Shown here piece by piece: positions 1 through 10,067 of a DNA stretch of 64,000 bases. A program made the position numbers and the translations under genes. The first letter of the stretch is position 1, and the number at the start of each line of letters is the position of its first letter. A model generated the notes under the pieces. The model had not been told where the DNA came from. It was given only the letters and a program-made list of their open reading frames with translations, and searched no databases. Source of the stretch: an uncultured Planctomycetota bacterium (GTDB lineage Bacteria > Planctomycetota > Planctomycetia > Gemmatales > Gemmataceae); NCBI GenBank assembly GCA_963849325.1, contig CAWKHF010000006.1, positions 512,001 through 576,000 on the forward strand. Reading direction: 5' to 3'.

Positions 1-1325
1 CCGCGAACAGCAGGCGCCGAACTTCAATCCCAACGAGCCGGTCATCCTGGTGGCCCAGGAGATCCTGCCGTCGCAGGCGCTGACGTTCGATCGCCACCTG
101 GTCGCCGGCATCGTCACCGAGGCGGGCGGAGCGACCGGCCACGCCGCCATCCTGGCGCGGGCCCTGGGCATCCCGGCCGTGTCGGGGCTGCGCGGTCTGC
201 TGCGCGAGGTACGGACGGGCGACCTGATCGCGGTGGATGGCCGGGAGGGCCACGTTTATCTGAATCCCGGCCCGGAAGTGGAAGCGGCCTACCGCAAGCT
301 GCAGCGCGAGTACGCCGACTTCGCCGGCCGACTCATCGAGAACCGCGACCTGGAGCCGATCACCGCCGACGGCATCCGCCTGGAGCTGTTGGCCAACATC
401 AACGGCCCGGCCGACGCGGCCACGGCCGGCTCCGCCGGCGCCACCGGCGTCGGTCTGTACCGCACCGAATACCTGTTCCTGACCCACCCCTCCGTGCCCG
501 ACGAGGAGGAGCAGCTGGCCGCCTACCGCGCCGTCATCGAGTCGGCCCCCAACCAGCAGGTGACCATCCGCACCCTCGACCTGGGCGGCGACAAGCAGGT
601 GCCCTACCTCGGTCATCGCAACGAGGCCAACCCGTTCATGGGCTTCCGCAGCATTCGCCTCAGCAGCGCCTACCCCGAGTTCTTTCAGACGCAGCTGCGG
701 GCCATCCTGCGCCGGCCGACACGGCACGGTCAGCCTGCTCTTTCCCATGGTCAGCACCCTGGAGGAAGTGCAGCGCCTCAAGAAGATCGTGGACCGCACG
801 CGCCTGGCCCTGCAGCGCGCCGGCACGCCCTTCGCCGAGGAGATGCCGCTGGGCATCATGCTCGAGGTGCCCGCCGCCGCCCTGTGCGTCGAGGCACTCC
901 TGGAGGAAGTCGATTTCGTCAGCATCGGCTCCAACGACCTCATCCAGTACCTGATGGCCGCCGACCGCGACAACCCGCACGTCGCCCACCTGTGTGAGCC
1001 GTTCAGCCCGGCCCTGATGCGTCTGCTGTCCCACGTCATCCGCGCTTGCAACGACCAGGCCAAGCCGGTGACGCTGTGCGGCGAAATGGCCGGCTGGCCG
1101 CGCTGCTTCCTGCCGCTGTTCGGCATGGGTCTGCGCCGTCTGAGCATGAGTCCCGCCTTCGTGCCGTCGATCAAGGAGGTTGTGCGGCATACGACCCTGG
1201 ACATGGCCCGGGCCGTCACGCAGCGCGTCCTGGGCATGCACACCGTTGGCGAGATTCGCGGCTACCTGACGCGCAAGGTCCGCGAAGCCTGGCCGCACGT
1301 CTCCGTGCTCGACATGAGCCACTGA
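1..1325 (+). CDS. ptsP: PEP-protein phosphotransferase (PTS enzyme I), 5'-truncated by the window, frameshift near 710-750
   Basis: GGATGHAAILAR phospho-His motif, GVGLYRTE, RTLDLGGDK, NPFMGFRSIR; second frame has GIMLEVP, SIGSNDLIQY, CGEMAG. Confidence 0.92.
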
Positions 1326-1327
1326 CC

Positions 1328-1396
1328 CGCCCCCACCAGCCCGGAGCGCCAGCGACGGGTCCGACCCGTCGCTGGCGCTCCGGGCTGGTGGGGGCG
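1328..1396. repeat. REP-like perfect palindrome (CCAGCCCGGAGCGCCAGCG family)
   Basis: cgcccccaccagcccggagcgccagcgacgggtc / gacccgtcgctggcgctccgggctggtgggggcg; related copy at 20012-20069. Confidence 0.85.
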
Positions 1397-1542
1397 ACGC
1401 GGGGAAATCTCCGTCCTCGGCTTGCCATCCGCAAACGGCAACCTATCTTTGTTCAGCGACGATTCTTCAGCAGGAGCGGAACGGAGCGCGCCGGCCGGTC
1501 GTCCATGCTCTCGACGGCGGCGCGATACCAGCGGAACATCAA

Positions 1543-2461
1543 TATGCTTGAGGCGGGTTCGCAACCGATTCCAGGGTTTCGTCTGACGCGACCCCTGGGG
1601 GCAGGGGCCTTCGGCGAGGTCTGGGAAGCCCAGGACGCCGACGGCAAGCTCGTCGCCCTCAAGTTCATGGACTGCCGGGCCAAGTCGAACACGCTCATCG
1701 GCAGCGAGATCCGCGTCCTGCGCGGGCTGAGCGAACTGCGTCACCCCCATTTCATCCAGCTGTACGGCGTGTACGCCTCGTCGCACTACATCGTCCTGAG
1801 CATGGAGCGGGCCGACGGCAATCTGGAGGATTTGCGCCAGGTCTACGTCGAGGAGACGGGCAAGAACATTCCCTCGGACCACGCCCTGGAGATGCTGGAG
1901 CAGGTGGCGGCGGCCCTGGACTTTTTGGCCGAGTTGAAGCTGCCAGGGATCAACGAGTGCTCGCGCGGCTTGCAGCACTGCGACATCAAACCGAGCAACC
2001 TGTTGCTGGTCGGCGACCACGTGAAGATCGCCGACTTCGGCCTGTGCGCGGGCACGAGTTGGCAGACGCACCGTAACGGCTGGCGCGGCACACCGCCCTA
2101 CGCCGCCCCGGAGCTGTTCAAGGGCCAGGCCACGGTCGGCACCGATCAGTACGCCCTGTGCATCACCTTCCTGCACCTGTGTGCCGGCGACCGTCCCTTC
2201 TGGAAGAACGTGTTGGTGGATGGGCCGCCGATGGGCCTACCGATCGACCTGACCAAATTGCGCAAGCGCGAGCTGCCCATCATTCGGCGGGCGTTGCACC
2301 CGCTGCCGGATTCGCGCTGGCCTAGCTGCCAGGCCTTCCTTCAGGCGCTGCGCGACGCCACCCAGTCCGCTCGCCCGCCGCTCAACTTCCGCAAACGGGT
2401 CCGTCCGGGTTTGCAGCGTCCGGCCATCCCCTCTCCACCGCTGGGGCCGTTGCTCCGCTGA
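1543..2461 (+). CDS. Hanks-type Ser/Thr protein kinase
   Basis: LGAGAFGEV, VALK, HCDIKPSN, DFG, GTPPYAAPE, DQY. Confidence 0.92.
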
Positions 2462-3146
2462 GGCCGGTTGGTGGATCGATCAGCACCACGTGAATCTCGC
2501 CTGGCCCATGTACGCCGGTCACCAGGCGCAGCTCGATGTCACCCGTCTTGCTCGGCCCGGTGATGAGGGATAGGCTGGCGGGCAGTTCCTCGGGCTTCAC
2601 TTCGGACGACGCGAACAGGTCAAACAGATCGGGAAGGAGCTGCCGTCGTTCGGCCACGGCGACGTGGATGGGCGGCAGGAGACTGAGCGAACGCGGCTGT
2701 CCCGGCCGGCTCGTCAAGATCACACTGCCCGTCTCGGCGACGAGATAATCCACGCCGGACAGGCCCAACTCGGCCTGAAAGAACGCATCCCGCACCGCCT
2801 GCCCCTCGTCTCCACCGACTTCCCTCACCTCGACCCCCGCGGCCCGCAACGGCTCGACGACCCTCAGCGCGGCCAGGACGTCGCCGCCCCCGACGAGCAC
2901 GCGCCGGGCCGAGCGCGTCCGCACCAAGTCGAGGACGACGGCCGCGGCGCCGGCATGGTCGGCGACGACGTGCGTGTGGCCCCCCGCGATCGTGAACTCG
3001 GCGCGGAAGCGAGCCACGGGATCGGCGCCCGCGCCCTGGTAGCCGACTGCGCCACGCTCGGGGAGGGCGGGTGTACGACCGGCGCGATTACCCTCGGCTA
3101 CCGCCTCGCGCACTCGCCGCAGGAATTCCTCTCGATTCTCGCTCAT
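2382..3146 (-). CDS. lutC: LutC/YkgG (LUD domain) lactate utilization protein
   Basis: AETGSV, RSLSLLPPIH, ITGPSKTGDIELRLVTGVHGP. Confidence 0.9.
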   Translation of the reverse strand: MSENREEFLRRVREAVAEGNRAGRTPALPERGAVGYQGAGADPVARFRAEFTIAGGHTHVVADHAGAAAVVLDLVRTRSARRVLVGGGDVLAALRVVEPLRAAGVEVREVGGDEGQAVRDAFFQAELGLSGVDYLVAETGSVILTSRPGQPRSLSLLPPIHVAVAERRQLLPDLFDLFASSEVKPEELPASLSLITGPSKTGDIELRLVTGVHGPGEIHVVLIDPPTGLSGATAPAVERGWPDAANPDGPVCGS

Positions 3147-3249
3147 AGCGACCTCCGTTACGCCGCCGACGGTTGAAGCCACTCCGTCCTTGCCATAGAC
3201 TCCCCCGAGAGGATACGACCCAGGCCCGTCCGGAGAAAGGAACAACTCC

Positions 3250-5221
3250 ATGAGGCTGCGATCGAATCGCGTTCTGTCGGCGATGTTGGCCGTCGTCCTC
3301 CTCGTCCAATCGGCCGGTCGCGCGGACAGATCTCCCAGGGGAGGCCAGCCAGGGACGCCAGCGCCGATCCATCCGCTCGATCCGCTCGACAAGGAAGAGC
3401 TGACAGCCACGGTCGCCGTGCTCAAGGCCGCCGGCAAGGTCGCCGACACCACCCGTTTCGTGCTGATTCATCTGCACGAACCGCTCAAGGACAAGGTGCT
3501 GGCCTACCGCCCCGGACAATCCCTCCCTCGCCGCGCCTTCGCCGTCCTCTACGACTGGGCCAACAACACGACCAGCGAGGCCATCGTGGACCTGGGCACG
3601 GAGAAGTTGGTTTCGTGGAAGGACATCGCCGGCGCTCAGCCGGCCACACTGCCCGAGGACGATCTGCCAAGGGCCGAAGCGATTGTCCGTGCCGATCCGC
3701 GCTGGCGTCAAGCCATGACGAAACGCGGCATCAAGGAGCTGGACAAAGTCATCATGAAGAGCTACCCGATCGGGGCGTACGCGCCGGAGGACGGGGATGG
3801 CTGCCGCCGCGCTCTCGTCGTTCTGTTCTCCCCCGAGTACGGCACCATCGACGACCTGATCGTGCTCGTGGACCTGACGAAGAAGAAGCTCTTCAAGCTG
3901 GAGGACAAAGACCCCAGTCCGTATCAAGTGAAGCGACACAACTTCCAGCCGATCGACGAGCACGATGAGCCTGCGGAGCCGGTCGGGCCGCCGCTCGCGG
4001 CGCCGGCCAAGGACGCTCGCTTCCAGGTCCGTGGCCGCGAGGTTCGCTGGGGCCACTGGCGCTTCCGTTTCGCCGTGCATCCGCGCGTTGGGCTGGTCCT
4101 GTACATGGTCGGCTATGAGGACCAGGGGCAGCTCCGCTCCGTGCTGTACCGCGCCGCGCTGTCGGAGATGGTCGTCCCCTATGGCGATCCGAATTGGGTT
4201 CTGTGGAGTCCGTTCGATGCGGGCGAGTACGGCATGGGCGTCTACGCCAAGTCGTCGCTGAACGCAGGGGCGGATGTGCCGGATGGCGCCTCTTTCTTCA
4301 GCGCCTGGCTGCACGATCCCAGGGGAACGCCGGTCGAACTGCCGCGAGCCGTGGCCTTGTACGAGCGCGATGGCGGCGTCTTGTGGCGCCACGGCCGCAA
4401 CGCTCGCCGAGCGCGACGAGCTGGTCCTGGCCTCCTTCGTGCGCGTGGACGAATACGACTACGGCTTCCACTGGATCTTCCACGAGGACGGCACGCTGGA
4501 GAAGGAAGTGCTTCTGACCGGCCGCATGAACGTCAAGCTGGTCGAGCGCGAACAGGATGAGGAGGGGCACGAGGGACGAACCCACTTCGGCCACCTGGTC
4601 GAGCCACACCTGGAGGCGCCGCATCATCAGCACTTCTTCAATTTCCGCCTCGACCTCGACGTGGATGGGCCGGGACGCAACACGGTGGTGGAATGGAACT
4701 CTGCGGCGCTGCCCGAAGGGGCGGACAACCCGCACGGCAACGCCTTCGTGATGAAGGAGACGCCGTTGCGGCGCGAGCGAGAAGCGCGGCGGCGGATGAA
4801 CTTTGCCACCGGCCGCAAGTGGAAGGTCGTCAACACCTGCGTCACCAATGCGCTGGGCCAGCCGACCGGCTACCTGCTCGTCCCCGGCGAGAACAGCCTT
4901 CCTCTCGCCACGGCCAAGTCGTTCGTGCGCCGGCACGCGGAGTTCGTCAACGCTCACCTGTGGGTCACACCTTACCGGCCGGACGAGCAGTACGCGGCCG
5001 GCGATTACGTCAACGGTGGTCCGCCCGGCGATGGTCTGCCGAAGTGGACCCGCGCCAATCGCTCCATCGAGGACGAGGACGTTGTTGTCTGGTACACGAT
5101 GGGCGTGACGCACGTTCCGCGGCCGGAGGAATGGCCGCTCATGCCGGTCCATCGCGCCGGTTTCAAGCTCGTGCCGGCCGGCTTCTTCGCGCGCAACCCG
5201 GCGATGAAGCCGGTGAAATAA
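3250..5221 (+). CDS. Copper-containing amine oxidase (TynA-like) with signal peptide; frameshift near 4400
   Basis: HPLDPL, SEMVVPYGDP, catalytic-Asp motif FDAGEYG, Cu ligands HQH and THVPRPEEWPLMP; cofactor site reads DEYDY. Confidence 0.88.
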
Positions 5222-5222
5222 A

Positions 5223-5276
5223 GTTTAGCCGCGACGCGCAGCGGAGCGCGCGTCCGCTGCGCGTCGCGGCTAAACC
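5223..5276. repeat. REP palindrome GTTTAGCCGCGACGCGCAGCGGAGCG family
   Basis: Near-identical palindromes at 5223-5276, 31967-32018 and 63466-63519. Confidence 0.9.
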
Positions 5277-6682
5277 AGTTTCGGCCAGCGCTCGCGGAAC
5301 GAGCGCGCCGCCGGCGCCGGGAAATCGCGGGCCGCCGTCCAGGCGGCACCCGGACCCGGTAGATGCCTCAGCCAGCCATCGCGGGCCAGCGGCCGCAGCA
5401 CCAGCCGGGCACAGCGCAGAGCAAGGCGATACAGCCACGGCCGCCGCAGCACCGCCGCCGACAGCCGATAGGCCAGCCTTTCTCCCAGCCCTTTGCCCCT
5501 CTCGTGCGTTTGCAATTCGCGCAACCCAATGAGCATATGAGGAATGTTGATTTTCACCGGGCAGGCCGCCTGGCAAGCCCCGCACAGCGACGAGACGTGA
5601 GGCAAATGGGGGTTATCGGCGACGCTGTCGTACAGTGGTGTCAGGATGCTGCCGATGGGACCGGAGTAAACGCCGCCGTAGGCGTGGCCGCCGATGCGGC
5701 GATAGACCGGGCAAGCGTTCAGACACGCTCCACAGCGGATGCACTGCAAGCTCTCGCGGAACGGCGTCGCCAACACGCGCGAACGGCCGTTGTCCAGAAG
5801 CACCAGATGAAACTCGTCCGGTCCATCCTGCTCGCCCGACCGGCGCGGCCCGGTGATCAGACTCGTATACACGGACAGCGTTTGCCCCGTCGCCGCCCGC
5901 GCCAGCAGTTTGAGAAACACCGGCACATCGATCCAGCGTGGCAGCACTTTCTCGATGCCCATGAGCGCGACGTGGACGCGCGGGCAGGTCGTCGTCAGGC
6001 GGGCGTTGCCCTCGTTGGAGACGAGTACGATGGTGCCCGTCTCGGCAACGGCGAAGTTGGCCCCGCTGATGCCCATGTCGGCATGGGCGAACTTCTCGCG
6101 CAGCAAGCGCCGGCCGGCCTGAGCCAGTGCGTGTGGTTCATCGGATAGCGCCTCGCCGCTGTGCTTGGACAGGATGCGCGCGATGCTCTCGCGCGTGTGG
6201 TGGACCGCCGGCGCGACGAGGTGCGACGGCCGTTCGCCGGCCAGTTGAATGATGAACTCGCCGAAGTCGGTCTCCGTCACTTCCAGTCCCGCCGCTTCGA
6301 GGGCCGGGTTGAGGTGGACTTCCTCGGAGGTCATCGACTTCGATTTGACGATGCGCCGGCAATTACTCTGCCGGGCGATGTCGAGGATGATGCGGCGAGC
6401 GTCGGCGGCGTTGGCCGCCCAGTGGACGTGGCCGCCGCACTTGTGGACGGATGTTTCCAGCTGTTCAAGATAGCGGTCGAGGTGGGCGAGGGTGTGTTCC
6501 TTGATGCGCTTGGCGTGGTCGCGGAGGGCGTCGCTGTCGGCCAGGGCTGCGTAACCACGGCGATTGCCGGCCATGAGCGTACTGGTGAGTCGGACCAGCG
6601 CCGCTTGCAAGGGCGGGTCGGCCAATGCCTGCCGGGCGGCGTTGAGGAAATCGTGATGCTCGTGCTGTGCGTAGGAGTTCAT
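5270..6682 (-). CDS. lutB: LutB/YkgF iron-sulfur lactate utilization protein
   Basis: VKSKSMTSEE, ETDFGEFIIQLAGERPSH, CIRCGACLNACP, LCGACQAACP. Confidence 0.95.
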   Translation of the reverse strand: MNSYAQHEHHDFLNAARQALADPPLQAALVRLTSTLMAGNRRGYAALADSDALRDHAKRIKEHTLAHLDRYLEQLETSVHKCGGHVHWAANAADARRIILDIARQSNCRRIVKSKSMTSEEVHLNPALEAAGLEVTETDFGEFIIQLAGERPSHLVAPAVHHTRESIARILSKHSGEALSDEPHALAQAGRRLLREKFAHADMGISGANFAVAETGTIVLVSNEGNARLTTTCPRVHVALMGIEKVLPRWIDVPVFLKLLARAATGQTLSVYTSLITGPRRSGEQDGPDEFHLVLLDNGRSRVLATPFRESLQCIRCGACLNACPVYRRIGGHAYGGVYSGPIGSILTPLYDSVADNPHLPHVSSLCGACQAACPVKINIPHMLIGLRELQTHERGKGLGERLAYRLSAAVLRRPWLYRLALRCARLVLRPLARDGWLRHLPGPGAAWTAARDFPAPAARSFRERWPKLV

Positions 6683-6788
6683 ACACGCATCCTAACCGTC
6701 CGACTCCCCTGTTTCGTCTGGACAGACGTTTAGAGGTACAGCATAGTTACCTTCTGGAGAAGCGGAGAGAGGATCTCGGACATCGTGA

Positions 6789-7751
6789 ATGGCGGTCGAG
6801 CGCATGCCCAATCCCAAACCGAAAAAGGACCGTGGCCGCCCTCATGGCACCCCACTCTTCCCGATCGGACAAGGACTATATGAGATCGTCCATGTCGATG
6901 CCTTCGACTGGCTCGCCCGCGCAACCCTGTTCCGTTCATGCGGTCGTCACCGATCCTCCTTATGGTCTCCTGGAATACACCCCCCGAGAGCTGGAGAAGA
7001 TGCGGAATGGGCGCGGAGGGGTTTGGCGCATTCCTCCCGCCTTTGACGGTTGCCGGCGAAAGCCTTTACCGCGCTTCACGGTGTTGACGCCTTCGGATCA
7101 GACGGCCTTGCGCTTGTTTTTTCAACGTCTGGCCGAACGCCTGATCCCGGTCCTCGTGCCTGGCGCCCATGTCTTCATTGCGACCAATCCCCTGGTTTCG
7201 CATTTGGTCTACGAACCGTTTCTCGCGGCCGGCTTTGAAAAACGGGGGGAGATCATTCGCCTTGTGTACACGCTGCGCGGGGGAGACCGCCCGAAGAATG
7301 CCCATACGGAGTTCGCGGAGGTCTCGGTGATGCCGAAATCCTGTTGGGAACCCTGGGGATTGTTCCGCAAACCGTGTGAGGGGCGCGTTCAAGACAATTC
7401 CGCAAATGGAAAACCGGCGGCCTGCGCCGCATCTCGGCGGACGAGCCTTTCAAGGACTTGATTGCCTCATCTCCCGCGCGGGGTTACGAGCGTGAAGTTG
7501 CGACGCATCCCTCGCTCAAGCCGCAACATTTCCTTCGCCAGCTCGTCCGCGCCGCCTTGCCCCTTGGCGAAGGCGTTATCCTCGATCCCTTCATGGGTTC
7601 GGGGTCAACGATTGCGGCCGCCGCCGCATGTGGATTGCGGAGTATCGGTCTGGAGATCGACACCACCTACTTTCAGATCGCTGCCAGGGCTATCCCCCTG
7701 CTGGCAGAATACGTCTCCCCTGAGAGTAAACGTAATGGTACGGAAAGATGA
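6789..7751 (+). CDS. Beta-class N4/N6 DNA methyltransferase, frameshifted near 6920 and 7400
   Basis: Motif IV TDPPYG near the N-terminus; HPSLKP and motif I LDPFMGSGST near the C-terminus. Confidence 0.88.
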
Positions 7752-8352
7752 CTTGGACGCATCGGTCGCTCTGCCTCCTGGCCTGGATGCGGGAGCAATT
7801 CGCCGAGCGATCGAGTACATGGAACGCGAGTTAGTCGATCTAGTCGAACTTTACGAGGAGCAAGCCAACGTGTTCAGCGCCGTGGTCGGTATCTTTGGCA
7901 CGAAAGCTTTGGACTCCGTCAGCAACTACGAGAAACACCGCCACCGAGACACAGCGCAACAACACTTCCCGGACTTGCGGCGTTGTGGCTCCGGCTCAAC
8001 TCCTTCTCCCCAGGAATCGCTGGAGAGCAAGGGGAGTAAGCGGCCCTGGTCTATCCAGTCCCATTATGATCATCCGGGCTGGTACATCGTTTGGCGCTAT
8101 CTTGTCGATCCCACGGAATCCCTCGAACCCGGTAAGCCCGTCGTCATCTGGCGCGTGGATGTCGTCTTTCTGGAGAAATCCGACTGGAAGTACGAGAAGA
8201 GCAGCGCCGGCGAGACGGGGGGTGGGAGGACGCACACGTTCGGAGTGAAGAACCCGGCGAAGAAGCTGCGCGAATGTGCGGTTTATCAGCGCAAGGATGT
8301 CGTTATCCGTGACGGCAAGCCCATTCCCCGCAATGGTAATGATAATTCCTGA
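7735..8352 (+). CDS. Putative PD-(D/E)xK restriction endonuclease
   Basis: FPDL...LESK motif; overlaps the 3' end of the methyltransferase gene. Confidence 0.6.
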   Translation: MVRKDDLDASVALPPGLDAGAIRRAIEYMERELVDLVELYEEQANVFSAVVGIFGTKALDSVSNYEKHRHRDTAQQHFPDLRRCGSGSTPSPQESLESKGSKRPWSIQSHYDHPGWYIVWRYLVDPTESLEPGKPVVIWRVDVVFLEKSDWKYEKSSAGETGGGRTHTFGVKNPAKKLRECAVYQRKDVVIRDGKPIPRNGNDNS

Positions 8353-8365
8353 CCTGCATCGTCTC

Positions 8366-9082
8366 TCAGGTATTCTCCAGCACTTGAGCTAGATGCAGCG
8401 CCCGCACGCCACTACCGCGGCGACGCAGACAGCCGGCGATGTTCATCAGGCAACCGGCGTCTGTGGCGACCACGGCCGACACCCCGGCCTTGTCGATAAA
8501 CGATGCCTTGTCCTGCACCATCGCCCCGCTGATGCCGGGATAACGCACCGCGAACGAGCCGCCGAAGCCGCAGCACTCGTCCGCACGCTCCAGCTTGACG
8601 TACTCCAGTCCCTTCACCCGCGCCAGCAAACGCTCCGGCTCCGTCAGCAGTCCCAGGCCGCGCAGATGGCAGGCCATGTGATACGTCACCCGGCCCTCGA
8701 AGCGCGCTTCCACGTCCTCCCGGCCGAGCACGTTCACAAGGAAATCCGACAGCTCGTGCGTCCGTCGCGCCAGGTCCAGGGCGCGCGGGTGCCAGACAGG
8801 GTCATCGTGGAACAATTCGGGATATTCTAATTTAATCATGGCCGCACACGAACCGGATGGGGCCACGACCGTTTGCCCGTTGTCGAAGGTGCGGAGCGTG
8901 TGACGTGCCAGTTCGCGGGCCTCGTTGTGATAGCCGCTGTTGAAGTGCGGTTGGCCGCAGCAGGTTTGCGCCTCGGGGAAATCCACGGCGACGCCCAGGC
9001 GGCGGAGCAGGCGCACCGTGGCCACGCCCACGTCGGGGAAAAGCGCGTCGCCCAGGCAGGTCACGAGCAGCGAGACGTTCAT
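8366..9082 (-). CDS. lutA: LutA/YkgE CCG-domain Fe-S protein
   Basis: VTCLGD, QTCCGQP, SGSCAAM, YHMACH, ECCGFGGSF, DAGCLMNI. Confidence 0.93.
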   Translation of the reverse strand: MNVSLLVTCLGDALFPDVGVATVRLLRRLGVAVDFPEAQTCCGQPHFNSGYHNEARELARHTLRTFDNGQTVVAPSGSCAAMIKLEYPELFHDDPVWHPRALDLARRTHELSDFLVNVLGREDVEARFEGRVTYHMACHLRGLGLLTEPERLLARVKGLEYVKLERADECCGFGGSFAVRYPGISGAMVQDKASFIDKAGVSAVVATDAGCLMNIAGCLRRRGSGVRALHLAQVLENT

Positions 9083-9088
9083 GAGCAG

Positions 9089-9829
9089 TCACAGCAAGCG
9101 CCGGCTCTCCTGTTCGAGGCCGTGGTGGACGAAGCGCACCACGCGCTCGGCCATGTGGTTGAAATAGTCCCAGCTGTGGCCGCCGGCGCGGGTGGTCAAA
9201 TCGAACTCGTGCGACACGCCCAGGGCGCTCAGCTTCTCGTGCAGCCGGTCGTTGCCGCGGAACCAGGCGGCGTCGGTCGGATCGATGCCGAAGAAGATGT
9301 GCGGCGGATAGCGGCTGGGGTGGACGTGCATCGGCACCGTGTCCTGGCGGCATTGCTCCTTGCTGTCATACATCTCGTCAATGGGCGTGCCTTGGCCGTA
9401 CAGTTCGTAATACTCGATGGCCGGCGAAATCGCGGCCACGACCGGAAACACGTCCGGGTGTTTGAACGCCAGTCGCAGCGCCCCCTGGCCGCCCATGCTG
9501 ATGCCCTGGATGCCGATGCCGCGCGGCGCCAGGTTCCAGCGCTGGCGGAAGAACGGCACGACGCTTTGCAGCAGATAGCGTTCCGGTGTCACCTCGGGAT
9601 CGAACTCGGTACAGACGCGGTCACCCCACCACGAGCGCTGGCCGTGTGGACAGATGCAGACCAGCCGCAGTTCATCAAATAATCGTGTAAAGGCGGGGCG
9701 CTCGATGAGCGTGTGCAGACCGGCACCGTGCAAATGCAGGACGGCGAAGCGCGGTTGGACCGCGGCGGGCAAGTCGTAGACGTCGGCCGATTTGCCGCCG
9801 ATGTCCAGGCGAGACCAGGAGCCGTTCAT
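9089..9829 (-). CDS. Alpha/beta hydrolase (putative esterase)
   Basis: LHG, GISMGG nucleophile elbow, GGHSW. Confidence 0.85.
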   Translation of the reverse strand: MNGSWSRLDIGGKSADVYDLPAAVQPRFAVLHLHGAGLHTLIERPAFTRLFDELRLVCICPHGQRSWWGDRVCTEFDPEVTPERYLLQSVVPFFRQRWNLAPRGIGIQGISMGGQGALRLAFKHPDVFPVVAAISPAIEYYELYGQGTPIDEMYDSKEQCRQDTVPMHVHPSRYPPHIFFGIDPTDAAWFRGNDRLHEKLSALGVSHEFDLTTRAGGHSWDYFNHMAERVVRFVHHGLEQESRRLL

Positions 9830-9883
9830 GGGTTTCCTTTCGCTGAACTCCACGGCTCATTATAGCTATCGGCGGCAGCGGAC

Positions 9884-9924
9884 AAAAAAAGAGCCGCCGG
9901 CAATCCCCTCACTGCCGGCGGCTC
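9884..9924 (-). terminator. Intrinsic terminator (minus strand)
   Basis: gagccgccggca / tgccggcggctc stem followed on the minus strand by a T7 run. Confidence 0.7.
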
Positions 9925-10067
9925 ACAAGGTCCTCTTCTTCTCCCCAAAGCAGAGGACATTAGTAACCTAGGTCACGATTTTGCCGAGTGCAAGTTTCGC
10001 ACGATTTCTTCTGGGAGAAGAGGAATTAGGGGTATTTCCATCCGGTGGACGCGAGCGGAACGTCTGT

